64,000 bases of DNA from Bacteroidia bacterium (GTDB taxonomy: Bacteria; Bacteroidota; Bacteroidia; NS11-12g; UBA9320), in the NCBI GenBank assembly GCA_965216465.1, contig CBDCFW010000006.1, forward strand, positions 448,001 to 512,000. Reading direction: 5' to 3'. The notes beneath the pieces are model-generated. The model did no database searches. It had not been told where the DNA came from and saw only the letters and a program-made list of their open reading frames with translations. Shown here piece after piece: positions 27,776 to 37,899 of this stretch (within the stretch, counting starts at the first letter, position 1; every line of letters starts with the position of its first letter). Both the position numbers and the translations under genes were made by a program.

Positions 27776-28123
27776 CTATAGTGCAAGCTCTTGTGCACTT
27801 TCAAATACAGCTTCTTCCATACTTTGAACAACTGGGTTATACTCATAACGATGAGATAACTCAACTTCTTCACCTGTCTCTTCAATAACATAAGAGTAAG
27901 GATCAACTTTGACCCTTTCAACAGCACCAGGAATTTTGGTACCGATTAAACTTTTGCAAGTCTGTTCATCAAACGTAGATGAAACGGTTGCTTTCTTTGC
28001 AGTTAAATAAAATCGTCCAGTCTCCTTGGATTGAACTGATTCAACACCACCTTGAACAATGAGCATGTAAAACTCATCACCCTCTGCATTAATGGCTGGT
28101 TTGTAATTTGTAATTGTTACCAT
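27776..28123 (-). CDS. Hypothetical mobile-element protein, possibly OB-fold ssDNA-binding
   Basis: Beta-rich 115-aa protein with aromatic residues and an acidic C-terminal tail. First gene of the AAA/DUF3871 operon. Confidence 0.75.
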   Translation of the reverse strand: MVTITNYKPAINAEGDEFYMLIVQGGVESVQSKETGRFYLTAKKATVSSTFDEQTCKSLIGTKIPGAVERVKVDPYSYVIEETGEEVELSHRYEYNPVVQSMEEAVFESAQELAL

Positions 28124-28347
28124 AAAAAATTGATTATTGAGAGTTGTACCCTATAGAAAATCCCATCTAATTATTAGAGGGGGGGGGGTACCATTTCTCT
28201 CCCCATCGGGAGGGGGTGGTTTTGTGAGTGAGTCTTGGCCTTTCATCTATCAGATTGGTGTTTTTCAATTGGTTATTTAAGTAGTAAGTCGTACATTAAC
28301 CACCAAAATATGTATATGTTCTTAGTTATAGAACATAGGTTAGAATT

Positions 28348-28995
28348 ATGACTATGAATAAAATTGTTCCCATTGAGGAAATTAGAAGTGTTCTTCAAAT
28401 AGACTTTGAGGTTGATGAGTATGGAATCGACGACATCGACAAGATAATTGAGTTGTGCAGTTTAGATGTTTTCGGTATTGGAGGATATGTCTGGTCACAC
28501 CTTGTTGAGGAGTTTGATGTAGATCCTCAAAAATTTGAGCTGGCATTCACGTTCAATGACCCAAAATTATATCAGTTAATATCTGATGAAGTAGGTATAG
28601 AAGTGCTAAATAATATCGGTGTGTCCATCTACACCTTAGGGGACGATGCTCATATTCAAAACACTTTTTGTAAGGTGGTTGTTAGTCAAGTATATGGTAA
28701 CAAGTTATTGATTTCAGATGTTCTATTTACAGATCCATCGCGACCTGTAGAAGCAGAGGATAAAAAGTACGACCTGCATGAGTACAGAGGCTTAGGTGTA
28801 TTTAATTCCTTCTTAGAAAGAACAAAGAAATATTGTCGACTAAATGCGATAGACAGTATCGCTTTATTAGCAGCAACAGAAGAGCAAGTTGGGTTTTTTG
28901 AAAATTATGGTTTTGAAGTAGAGACTACTGAATATGCAAGAATTGCAGTTGCAAATGGATTTAGTATTCCAATGGTTATTGAATTGTCAAATTAG
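28348..28995 (+). CDS. GNAT-family acetyltransferase-like protein
   Basis: AcCoA motif A 'YRGLGVFNSFL' and motif B 'VGFFENYGF'. Confidence 0.7.
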   Translation: MTMNKIVPIEEIRSVLQIDFEVDEYGIDDIDKIIELCSLDVFGIGGYVWSHLVEEFDVDPQKFELAFTFNDPKLYQLISDEVGIEVLNNIGVSIYTLGDDAHIQNTFCKVVVSQVYGNKLLISDVLFTDPSRPVEAEDKKYDLHEYRGLGVFNSFLERTKKYCRLNAIDSIALLAATEEQVGFFENYGFEVETTEYARIAVANGFSIPMVIELSN

Positions 28996-29009
28996 TACCT
29001 ATAAATATT

Positions 29010-29846
29010 ATGCCTAGAGACGATTTCACTGCAAAAACGAAAGAGATATTGGGGAAACGAGTAGGGTTATTCTGCTCTAACCCTGACTGTCGTCGACCAA
29101 CAACTGGACCGCACACGAATCCTGAAAAATCCATTATTATTGGTGTTGCCGCACATATAACAGCAGCTTCACCAGGAGGACCAAGATACGATGGTTCACT
29201 TAGCGCAAAGGAGAGAGCACATATCAGCAATGGTATTTGGCTTTGTGAAATATGTGCGGCCTTAATCGATAAGGACCCATTGAAATACCCCTTAGATGAC
29301 ATTTATGCATGGAAGGACAATGCAGAGGCCCATCAAGAAGAACTTCTTAAAAAGAATATTGTGGTTATGGAAATCGAGAAACGTCCAAAAGTGGAAGTTG
29401 ATTTGATATGGAGTAGTGCAGAAAGAAGTCCAAATGGTTATAGCCCGACAAGAAACCCAAGAAGCCCAGAAGGTGCGATAATTGTAGGACGTCACCCTGT
29501 TATATTTTGGAAGATTCGCTGGAGGTTTGCCTTGGTCATCTACAATAACTCTGATCAAAATGTCTATAATGTAAAAATAACCGAAGCTAGTGACAAAAAA
29601 CTCAGGTCAATTGAAAAACTGAGTAAAAAAAACAACATCCCTGCCTTAGGCAATTTAGAGCTAGAAGCCAAACATGATCAGTTTGAGGAATGCACTGGGA
29701 TTGAAGCAGATTTAATAATGAGAGCTAAAGTGCCAAATATTCTTAATGGCATAGTGCTTAAACTTGAATATCAAGATGAAGGAAGAGAATCCTACAAAAC
29801 GATTGTCAGCATAAAAGACGGTGAAGTTTTTAATGAGTTCGGTTAA
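29010..29846 (+). CDS. Zn-binding HNH endonuclease domain protein with an unknown C-terminal domain
   Basis: 'RVGLFCSNPDC…AAHITAASPGGPRYD…NGIWLCEICAALID…WK'. Confidence 0.82.
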   Translation: MPRDDFTAKTKEILGKRVGLFCSNPDCRRPTTGPHTNPEKSIIIGVAAHITAASPGGPRYDGSLSAKERAHISNGIWLCEICAALIDKDPLKYPLDDIYAWKDNAEAHQEELLKKNIVVMEIEKRPKVEVDLIWSSAERSPNGYSPTRNPRSPEGAIIVGRHPVIFWKIRWRFALVIYNNSDQNVYNVKITEASDKKLRSIEKLSKKNNIPALGNLELEAKHDQFEECTGIEADLIMRAKVPNILNGIVLKLEYQDEGRESYKTIVSIKDGEVFNEFG

Positions 29847-30089
29847 CTCCTCCTTCACATTCTCCAAAACAAGCATGAAGTCAAGGAATTTTGATCAAAT
29901 GCTATTATACGCAACAATTTCTATCGTTCTTAAATAGAGGACTCATTTCTCTATCTATCCGAATAGGGTAGTTTTGTGATAGTTTAACAAGTTAAGGTAA
30001 ATATAAATTCTATTATTAATTCTTGACGCCAATTAGAAAACCTACCGCTGGTGAATTGAAACATGTTTTCTTATACTACATTTGAATTT

Positions 30090-30326
30090 ATGACGACTAA
30101 TAAATACCCCGAAGCAGTACTGGTAAGTTTTACACTACAAAACGGCAATCCAATTGCTATTAATGCACATGCAATTGATACAATAATCATGTATCAAGAT
30201 ATACATCATAGTGCCATATCAACATATGGGTCACAAAGTATGGAAGGAAAGTACTATGTCGTCCGCGGAAGTGTAGAGGCATTGAAAAGTAGAGTAAACC
30301 AGGCAATTGAGGAGAGTAAAGGCTAA
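30090..30326 (+). CDS. Small hypothetical protein (weak FlbD-like pattern)
   Basis: 'FTLQNGNPIAINAHAIDTI…YYVVRGSVEALKSRV'. Confidence 0.5.
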   Translation: MTTNKYPEAVLVSFTLQNGNPIAINAHAIDTIIMYQDIHHSAISTYGSQSMEGKYYVVRGSVEALKSRVNQAIEESKG

Positions 30327-30384
30327 GAGGAGTTTCATTCTAAAGTAAGATCTAATGAAGAATATTGCTTTCTGGACTTCCACC

Positions 30385-33300
30385 CTAAGCAACACCCGCA
30401 TTCCCGTTTATCTTATCAAGTATACTGATTACTTTATGTGCATCAGCATCATCAAAAACACCAAGAAGCCCTTGATCATTGATGTCAGTAAAAGGAGATT
30501 CAAATAGCATTCCTTTGTCAATTGTGCCATTCTTTTCTAAGAAGGATATGATATTCTTAATGAAAGTCATCTGATCCGCTCTTAGATTTCCACTTTGTAT
30601 AAACTCTGAGAAGGCTTCATTTGCAGCCAAAATATCTAGACCCACAATGGATCTTATGAATACTCCTAATGGTTGTTCTCCGTATTCCTCAACAAATTGT
30701 TCTTTAGTTCCTCTTTCGTCACCATCAAATAACATCTTTTCTAATAAAACTAATTCATCCTGGGTAATTACTTGGTTAGTTTTAAGCTTATGAATAACAA
30801 GGTGATTTTGGTTCTTTCTTATATAAGATTCAACTCTATCCTTATAAGATTGCAGCTTGGTTGACCATTCAACAATTGGCACATCTTCAACAATAGATAA
30901 GTCAATATCATCTTTTAAATTGGTGTAAATCGTCTCTTTTTTGTTAGTCTCCAAGTATTTCATTAACTCACGGATAGCAACACGAACTTCCTCTAGTCTT
31001 TTTACATGAGCCTTTTTCCAGAAAGTCTCGGTTTGAAGCTCTCTTAAAATCACCTCATTATTCTTTACATCAGGTACATTCACTTTGCTTAATTGACTGG
31101 CTATAGAAGCAACTCGATTGATAAACTTAGATCCATCTTTAGAAATAAGCTTTGCAAGCTTTAAGTTGAGCATGATAATATCAAAGCGTCTAGCCAATTC
31201 GTGATCGTCCTTTTCAGGTAGAATAAGTTTGGCAATGTTATTTTTAAGATCCAAAATATCACTGTGACCTAATCTAGACCAACTTGCTGTATGAGAAAAA
31301 TGTTTCACATGACGTAAAGCCATTTTAACCATAAACCTGTTATGATCAAGACTCTTTACTAAATTTAATAGTTGTTCAGAATAATGTTCTTCTAGCTCCT
31401 TTTCTTCATGAGTGGCATTATCCTTTTCTCTGGTCACGACTACGATGTCAAGCTTCAACTCAAAAATCCTTTGAGTAAGGCTAATAAGAGCATTTCCGCT
31501 TATTCCATCAGGGTTCTCTTCAAAGAATTCAAAGTTTTGGCAATAATCAAAAATGATAAAGTATTCCTTATCCATGTTTGGACCAAATAAATCTGGACAC
31601 AATCTTGTACCTCTACCTATCATCTGCCAGAACTTAGAGTACGATCTCACCATCTTGAAGAACACTAAGTTAACAACTCTAGGTGCATCAACTCCTGTAT
31701 CCATCATGTCAACCGAAACAGCAATTTGTGGATCTACCTCATTATTAGCATCAGTAAACCGCTCGAGTAAGTCTTGAGCCTTAGATTCATAGTTGTCTAT
31801 CACTCTAAGAAACTTGCCTGCATATTCAGGATAGTTTTTATTGAAACGTTCCTCAATGAAAACTGCATGATCATGGTTCTTGGCAAAAATGATAGTCTTA
31901 CCTAATTCATCGCCACCTTTCACTTTAATACCATTGGTCATCAAGTGATTTAATACCTGATCAACAGTATCTGTGTTGAACAACCAACTATTCAATGCAG
32001 AGCTAGAAATCTCCTCAGGAGCTTCTCCTGTTGTTGGATCTCCAAACTTCTCCTCATATTCTTCCTTTTCTCTGTTTGACAGCTCATGATATTTAATACC
32101 TTCCCTAATGAATTTTACAGGCACTGAAATAGCCTTTGGTGGAACCAAAAACCCATCATTAACTGCCTGATCAAGTTCATAAGCATGAGTTGGATTGTCG
32201 TCTTCAATTTCAAAAAGAGAATAGGTATTTCTATCAATCTCCTTTTTAGGCGTAGCAGTTAATCCAAGAAGAACTGAATCAAAGTAGTCAAAGATTGCAC
32301 CATACTTTTGGTATACAGACCGATGTGCCTCATCTATAATGATGGCATCAAAATGACCAACTCCATAGAATCTGTTATCATTGCTTCTAACGGAATCTAT
32401 CTTGTTCATGATCGTTGGATAGGTGCTAAACACTAACCTAGTTCCAGCATCCTCCTTCTCTTTGGTTAAGTCAATAGAGCTCAGGTGTGGTAAATGCTCA
32501 TTAAAAGCATTCTTTGCTTGAGTAACTAACGCATTCCTATCTGCAAGAAACAAAATCCGCTTAGCCCAATTGGACTTGGTTAGCATATCTACGATTGCTG
32601 CTGATGTTCTAGTTTTTCCAGAACCAGTGGCCATTACGAGTAACGCCTTTCTTGACCCTGCTCGCAGTAAACCTTTCTCATCCTGTTTTACAAACGACTC
32701 TGCAACACGCTGAATAGCCTCCTTCTGATAGTATCTACCTGCAATGTCCTCATTTACCTTAAATGATCTAAGGTCTTTTCTAGTCTTTCTCCTATCAATA
32801 GTTAATTGAAGCTCATCCTTCGAATAAAACCCTTGCACTTGTCTTTCAGGGTAAAATGTGTCATCCCATAAATAAGTCTCAAAACCATTGGTATAGAATA
32901 TAATAGGTCTCTGACCATGCATTTGCTCCAAACAGTCTGCGTACAACGTAGCCTGATGTTTTCCTTTTCTAGCATCCACCATAGTCTTCTTGGCTTCAAC
33001 CACCGCAAGAGGTTTACCATCATCTCCCCACAGCGCATAGTCAACGTATCCTTTACCAGATGGATTGGTTGTTTTAGGCATACCCGAAACTTCATGCTCT
33101 AGTTCAAACCCATCTCTTAGATTATTCCAACCTGCTTCCTTTAGAGATTGATCTATATATAGCTTTCGAGTAAGACTTTCAGGGATAAGTTGAGGAACTA
33201 CCTTTTCGACCTCAACAACTCTTTCACGCTTTTCCTTTCTCTCCTTAACAGCAGATTGTTGCTCCTTCAGCTTCTGTTGTAAAGCTTCAATTTGTGCAGC

Positions 33301-33822
33301 TTGTTCTTTTAGTTTCCTTCTTTCTTCAACTGCTTGTTTTGTTTTAAGATGAAGCTGCTGCTCAAGTATTTTTAGTTCATCTTGCCTTTCCTTTTTTTGA
33401 TCACCCTTCGGTATGATCGACTCATTAAATGAAGGGATAACTGGTTCTTCTTTAGAGTAAAAAACTGCAACAAAACTTAAAAAACGAAATAAGTTCTTAA
33501 GAGCTGTTAGAGATTCCACTTTCCGAATGGCATTTCCATGGGCCGCATTGTTACCAAACTTTCTAATCAGGTTAATCTCCAGGAACATAGATGGTCTCAG
33601 AATGTCCTTAAAGCATTGTTCATGCATTAAAGCAGAGAGTCTTGTATCATAAGGTTCATGGAGATCTGGGTCGTTGGAATAAAGCCAATGAACAGTTTTC
33701 TCTAGAGCACTACGGCAGATAATAGCACACGCCTTAGGTGATATAAATGTTAAGTCTTCAGCTTCCTGTGCTTCAACATATATGGATTTCCATTCTGCTT
33801 GCAGAAATTTAAAGTTGCTCAT
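30385..33822 (-). CDS. hsdR: Type I restriction enzyme R subunit (EcoEI/EcoAI-like, with DUF4145-like N-terminus)
   Basis: Nuclease 'VDYAL…VVEAKK', Walker A 'MATGSGKT', 'DEAH', 'LTATP', 'QMIGRGTR'. Confidence 0.95.
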   Translation of the reverse strand: MSNFKFLQAEWKSIYVEAQEAEDLTFISPKACAIICRSALEKTVHWLYSNDPDLHEPYDTRLSALMHEQCFKDILRPSMFLEINLIRKFGNNAAHGNAIRKVESLTALKNLFRFLSFVAVFYSKEEPVIPSFNESIIPKGDQKKERQDELKILEQQLHLKTKQAVEERRKLKEQAAQIEALQQKLKEQQSAVKERKEKRERVVEVEKVVPQLIPESLTRKLYIDQSLKEAGWNNLRDGFELEHEVSGMPKTTNPSGKGYVDYALWGDDGKPLAVVEAKKTMVDARKGKHQATLYADCLEQMHGQRPIIFYTNGFETYLWDDTFYPERQVQGFYSKDELQLTIDRRKTRKDLRSFKVNEDIAGRYYQKEAIQRVAESFVKQDEKGLLRAGSRKALLVMATGSGKTRTSAAIVDMLTKSNWAKRILFLADRNALVTQAKNAFNEHLPHLSSIDLTKEKEDAGTRLVFSTYPTIMNKIDSVRSNDNRFYGVGHFDAIIIDEAHRSVYQKYGAIFDYFDSVLLGLTATPKKEIDRNTYSLFEIEDDNPTHAYELDQAVNDGFLVPPKAISVPVKFIREGIKYHELSNREKEEYEEKFGDPTTGEAPEEISSSALNSWLFNTDTVDQVLNHLMTNGIKVKGGDELGKTIIFAKNHDHAVFIEERFNKNYPEYAGKFLRVIDNYESKAQDLLERFTDANNEVDPQIAVSVDMMDTGVDAPRVVNLVFFKMVRSYSKFWQMIGRGTRLCPDLFGPNMDKEYFIIFDYCQNFEFFEENPDGISGNALISLTQRIFELKLDIVVVTREKDNATHEEKELEEHYSEQLLNLVKSLDHNRFMVKMALRHVKHFSHTASWSRLGHSDILDLKNNIAKLILPEKDDHELARRFDIIMLNLKLAKLISKDGSKFINRVASIASQLSKVNVPDVKNNEVILRELQTETFWKKAHVKRLEEVRVAIRELMKYLETNKKETIYTNLKDDIDLSIVEDVPIVEWSTKLQSYKDRVESYIRKNQNHLVIHKLKTNQVITQDELVLLEKMLFDGDERGTKEQFVEEYGEQPLGVFIRSIVGLDILAANEAFSEFIQSGNLRADQMTFIKNIISFLEKNGTIDKGMLFESPFTDINDQGLLGVFDDADAHKVISILDKINGNAGVA

Positions 33823-33890
33823 TTCAATTAATATAAAATGTCTTTCGATTCATCTGAGGTTTCTTGAATACTCTTAACTCATTTTCTTGT

Positions 33891-34868
33891 TTACTCTGGT
33901 ATTAATGCTTTCTTAAATTTTAGTTTCCCAGCCAATTCATCATTGTCTTCCTCGTACATCAAGTCAAGAACTTTGTCGTATTGTTCAATAAAAATATCTA
34001 TGAACTGGTTGCCACTGATTAAGTTGATTGGCACTCTGGAAGGATCATTGGCACTTTCATATGCCTTTTTCTGGAAAGAGGAGAGAGTTATGAACGTTCC
34101 CTGATAGTCACGTTTTAATGCTCCTCTAAAATTACGTATCTCTTTCTCTGTTATTTTATTCTTCTCATAACGCTTTACTTGAACCTGGAGTTGAGTACTA
34201 GCAACACCTAACATGTCCAAAGTTCCTTCAAAGTCTATCCCACCATCACCAACTTTTCCGGTCTTCTGAGTTGCTTCAAACCCAATAGATTGCAAGACAT
34301 AAGCTACCAACATTTCAAATTCATCTGCATCCAGTGCTAAAAACTTATCCTTGACTACCTTGTATACCCCTTCTCTGTCAAAACTTAATTTTTTAACTGC
34401 AGCCTTTGGTGCCATAAATCCTGCAGCCACAGCAATTTCATCAACTTGAGATACATTATATACAGTCAGTGAGCTTTTCAAGGTATTCTGTAGTGGAATT
34501 GATAGTGAATACCTACTAACTACTTCGTCATTCCATTTCACTGGAATCCTGTAATTATATGGAGATGTTGCATCATTTTCAAAGAATGGGGCACCAGCGG
34601 CTTTTCCTACAAGTAAATTCCCATTGTTGTAAGGAGTGATGACAATATCACCCACATTAATCTTTGTAAGGAACCTAAATATCTGACCACAGTTTTGATT
34701 CAATGTGCCATCAGAATGATCTGAAAACTTTTTTCTGTAAGCCTCTTTAATTGTATCCTTATCATAATTCTCTAGTTCTTCTCGAAACCAACCAATCCCC
34801 ACATATCCATTCTCTCTAAAGGAATCTGTGTACCTTCCATATTCTGCTCTTACTACTATTACTTTCAT
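33891..34868 (-). CDS. Mrr-like (type IV) restriction endonuclease
   Basis: C-terminal Mrr_cat 'FEMLV…GDGGID…VQVKRY…FITLSSF…A'. N-terminal 'GYVGIGW…GDIVITP' domain. ATGA overlap with hsdS. Confidence 0.85.
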   Translation of the reverse strand: MKVIVVRAEYGRYTDSFRENGYVGIGWFREELENYDKDTIKEAYRKKFSDHSDGTLNQNCGQIFRFLTKINVGDIVITPYNNGNLLVGKAAGAPFFENDATSPYNYRIPVKWNDEVVSRYSLSIPLQNTLKSSLTVYNVSQVDEIAVAAGFMAPKAAVKKLSFDREGVYKVVKDKFLALDADEFEMLVAYVLQSIGFEATQKTGKVGDGGIDFEGTLDMLGVASTQLQVQVKRYEKNKITEKEIRNFRGALKRDYQGTFITLSSFQKKAYESANDPSRVPINLISGNQFIDIFIEQYDKVLDLMYEEDNDELAGKLKFKKALIPE

Positions 34869-36022
34869 GTTAATTCTCCTCTAAACGCCTTCTGTAAAAG
34901 ACTGTTAAACAATTCTTCTGCTTTAATTAAGCTTTCTTGTGCTTGTGCTTTTTGTGCTACAATAGCTTGAACTCTTTCTGCAAATTGGTTTTGAAGTTTC
35001 AATTCAGGATAAAAGACTTTCATATTCTTTAATGCAACAATTTTTAATTCTGCAAAAGTTGTCCCTGAAGCAAAATTGTTATAGTTGGCAAAAAATGAAC
35101 CTTTTAAATGATACCTGAGGTAGGTACTATTCATTGTTGTAGAGTCAACCTCAACCCATAAAACTCTTCCATCTTTAAAATAAAATTCATTCTCATCATC
35201 AACAACCCAAATTCTTCCATCCGGACAAATAGATGGCATTAGTAAGTCTCCAATCTTTGGCACCCCTCTGGCTTCTTTAAGATTGTTATAGTGATCTTGA
35301 GTAATAAATAAGGAAGGTTCTATTGACTTTCCTTCTCCCAATTTTCCAACCTCTGTCCCTCTATAAAAGGGAATACCTTCTTCAACAAGTTCATCGACAA
35401 AAACTCTTTTGCTTGAACCTATACTACAAATATCTCCTAACCTAACTTCATTCCATCCCTTAGGGTTAGTTACAGGATCCCCAAACATATCCAGAAACAA
35501 ACTCTGAGTAAGCTCATCATACTTTGCGATAAGAGCTTTTGTTTTTTGTTTGTACTTATCTGCTATATCCAATATGGCCGCTATCTTTTTTTGTTGGTCT
35601 AGTGGGGGGAGATTAACAGGGAATGCATCAAATTTTTTCTTTGTTATATGCTTCATGGTAGCACCATGAACTTGTGATTCCAGTTTTTTCAGAGATGTAC
35701 TAATTAGGTGCTTGAAAAATGATTTATCAATATCCTCTTTATTAAATACAACTTTGAACAAATGTTGATTAAGCCACGCATCATCACTTTCCCACTCATA
35801 GACACCAAGTGAGCCAGACCATGAAATAAGAATATCTCCTTTTCTTACTTTATACTTATCAGCAAGCTCACCTTCAAAGTAGTTTATTTGAGCTGAACCT
35901 TTAGTTAAATTTTGAATTCTAATAATTTCACTACCCTCTGTGCTCCAATCAGAAGGTTTAAAAGCATATCCATTGTGAAATGTAGCCGTATCACCTAAAC
36001 CTATTTGCTTCCATTCACTCAT
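34865..36022 (-). CDS. hsdS: Type I R-M specificity subunit
   Basis: Two TRDs with conserved 'LPPLDQQKKIAAILD', 'SLFLDMFGDP', 'P..LQNQF…SLLQKAFRGEL'. Confidence 0.95.
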   Translation of the reverse strand: MSEWKQIGLGDTATFHNGYAFKPSDWSTEGSEIIRIQNLTKGSAQINYFEGELADKYKVRKGDILISWSGSLGVYEWESDDAWLNQHLFKVVFNKEDIDKSFFKHLISTSLKKLESQVHGATMKHITKKKFDAFPVNLPPLDQQKKIAAILDIADKYKQKTKALIAKYDELTQSLFLDMFGDPVTNPKGWNEVRLGDICSIGSSKRVFVDELVEEGIPFYRGTEVGKLGEGKSIEPSLFITQDHYNNLKEARGVPKIGDLLMPSICPDGRIWVVDDENEFYFKDGRVLWVEVDSTTMNSTYLRYHLKGSFFANYNNFASGTTFAELKIVALKNMKVFYPELKLQNQFAERVQAIVAQKAQAQESLIKAEELFNSLLQKAFRGELT

Positions 36023-37494
36023 GATAGAATCTCTTTTAAAGCAGTTAATGCTTCAGTTCTTTCCTTATCAAGAGTTTCAATCTCACTAATAATATCAGAT
36101 GGAGCCGCATATTCAATCTCTTCATACACAATTTCCTTGTACCGATTAATAGAAAGATCCCAGTCATTAGCCTCTATCTCATCAAAGGGAACTAAGAAAC
36201 TCTTATCCGTTCTTGCTCTGTCAGCTTCATCGGATAGGTTTTGATACCTTTCTAAGATGTCTGGTATATCATTCTCTTTAACTTCACTTCTCTTATCATC
36301 CAAGCTAAATCCATCAGCGTGCATATCATAGAACCAAACGTTGTCCGTGCCTCCTGATCCTGTTTTCGTAAAGATCAACACAGCAGTACTTACCCCTGCA
36401 TAAGGTTTAAATACTCCACTAGGCATTGAGATGACCGCATCTAATTTATGATTGGCTACTAATTCCTCTCTTATTTGTTTGTGTGCCTTCGAACTACCAA
36501 AAAGGACCCCGTCTGGAATGATAACAGCTGCACGGCCCCCTGTCTTTAGCATCCGCAAAACCAAACCTAAAAATAGAAGCTCAGTTTTTTTAGTCTTGAC
36601 GGTCTTAAGAATGGAACTGTCCACCGAATCGTAATCCAAACTTCCTTTAAATGGAGGATTTGCTAAGATTAATGAAAATTGATTTCTTAAATCTGCGTTA
36701 CTTTCACTCAATGCGTCTTTGCCAATTAAGCTAGGGTTTTCTATTCCATGTAATTGAAGGTTCATGGCTCCTATCCTTAACATGGTAGGATCAAACTCAA
36801 TCCCAGTAAACATGTCATTTTTGTAATGCTCTCTAAACCCTTTTTCATGGAACCAATCTGGATGCTTTTCATGTAAATATTCCCCAGCAGACACCAAAAA
36901 ACCCGCTGTACCTGAAGATGGATCACAAATGGTATCATCCTTAGCAGGTTGCACCATTTCTACCATCATCTTAATGATGTGACGCGGTGTTCTAAACTGT
37001 CCGTTTGTCCCTGCTGTAGCAATCTTTGATAAGAGGTATTCATAAAGATCTCCCTTCGTGTCTCTATCATCCATCTTAATCTTGTCAATCATCTGAATAA
37101 CTTGATCCAATAACCTAGGAGTAGGAATCATAAATGTTGCACCTTTCATATACTGTGCAAATACCCCAGCACTTGTTCCTACTTGCTTCATGTGATCAAA
37201 GACCGTCAAGTCATCTACCTGAGGTTTAATGAACAAATCAAACATAACCTCAGGATCTTCATTTTTAAACACATGCCAACGCAATCCGTTCTGTGCTTCT
37301 GAATACAATGAAATTGCAATAGGATTTCCAGTCATGTTGGCTTTCTTCTCTTCCAAAAGCTGTCTCTCATCCAACCTTCTAATGAAAAGTAGATAAGTGA
37401 ACTGTTCAATCACCGTAAGTGGATTACTAATTCCACCAGTCCAAAATGCTTCCCAGATCTTGTCAACCTGACTCTTAATTTCTCCAGTTATCAT
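36019..37494 (-). CDS. hsdM: Type I R-M methyltransferase (m6A)
   Basis: 'GQFRTPRHII', motif I 'DPSSGTAGFL', motif IV 'NPPF'. Confidence 0.96.
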   Translation of the reverse strand: MITGEIKSQVDKIWEAFWTGGISNPLTVIEQFTYLLFIRRLDERQLLEEKKANMTGNPIAISLYSEAQNGLRWHVFKNEDPEVMFDLFIKPQVDDLTVFDHMKQVGTSAGVFAQYMKGATFMIPTPRLLDQVIQMIDKIKMDDRDTKGDLYEYLLSKIATAGTNGQFRTPRHIIKMMVEMVQPAKDDTICDPSSGTAGFLVSAGEYLHEKHPDWFHEKGFREHYKNDMFTGIEFDPTMLRIGAMNLQLHGIENPSLIGKDALSESNADLRNQFSLILANPPFKGSLDYDSVDSSILKTVKTKKTELLFLGLVLRMLKTGGRAAVIIPDGVLFGSSKAHKQIREELVANHKLDAVISMPSGVFKPYAGVSTAVLIFTKTGSGGTDNVWFYDMHADGFSLDDKRSEVKENDIPDILERYQNLSDEADRARTDKSFLVPFDEIEANDWDLSINRYKEIVYEEIEYAAPSDIISEIETLDKERTEALTALKEILS

Positions 37495-37860
37495 TAAATT
37501 CTAATTGTTCTTTTTTAGTTACATAGCTAGAGCACAAATGCAGGTACTTAAGCCTAACCAGTGCCACATCTACTTCCTCCACAAGCTTTCCTAGATTAGA
37601 TTTCCCTGATTTAGTCAAACATAGCAAATTTAACCTGATACCAATTAACATGCTAAGAAATACACGATTGTTTTATTTCAAACTGTTCTGGTCCAACACT
37701 TCAACTCTGAGACGTTAACTTTGTCTGAAGATTTGTTATTGGAAAAGGACGATTGAATTTCCTGAGAATATTTACAGCCTCGAGTTCGTATTAGAGCAAA
37801 ATAGGGTTCTAGCCCCTCTGAAGCTAAGAAGTTTAAATGCTGTACCATTGTTGTACCTAC

Positions 37861-37899
37861 AAAAAATTAAGCCTTGCAACTCGATGATTTACAAGGCTT
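37861..37899 (-). terminator. Terminator downstream of ssrA
   Basis: Minus strand AAGCCTTGTAA-atcatcgag-TTGCAAGGCTT-AATTTTTT. Confidence 0.7.

Noticed and set aside
25654-28123. Prophage call based on the Sak4-like ATPase
   Set aside because: No terminase, capsid, tail or lysis genes anywhere in the island.
28976-29558. Antisense ORFs over the HNH gene
   Set aside because: The opposite strand carries the clear HNH motifs.
37678-37848. 56-aa minus-strand ORF next to ssrA as a possible integrase or excisionase remnant
   Set aside because: No recombinase or HTH motif is recognisable.
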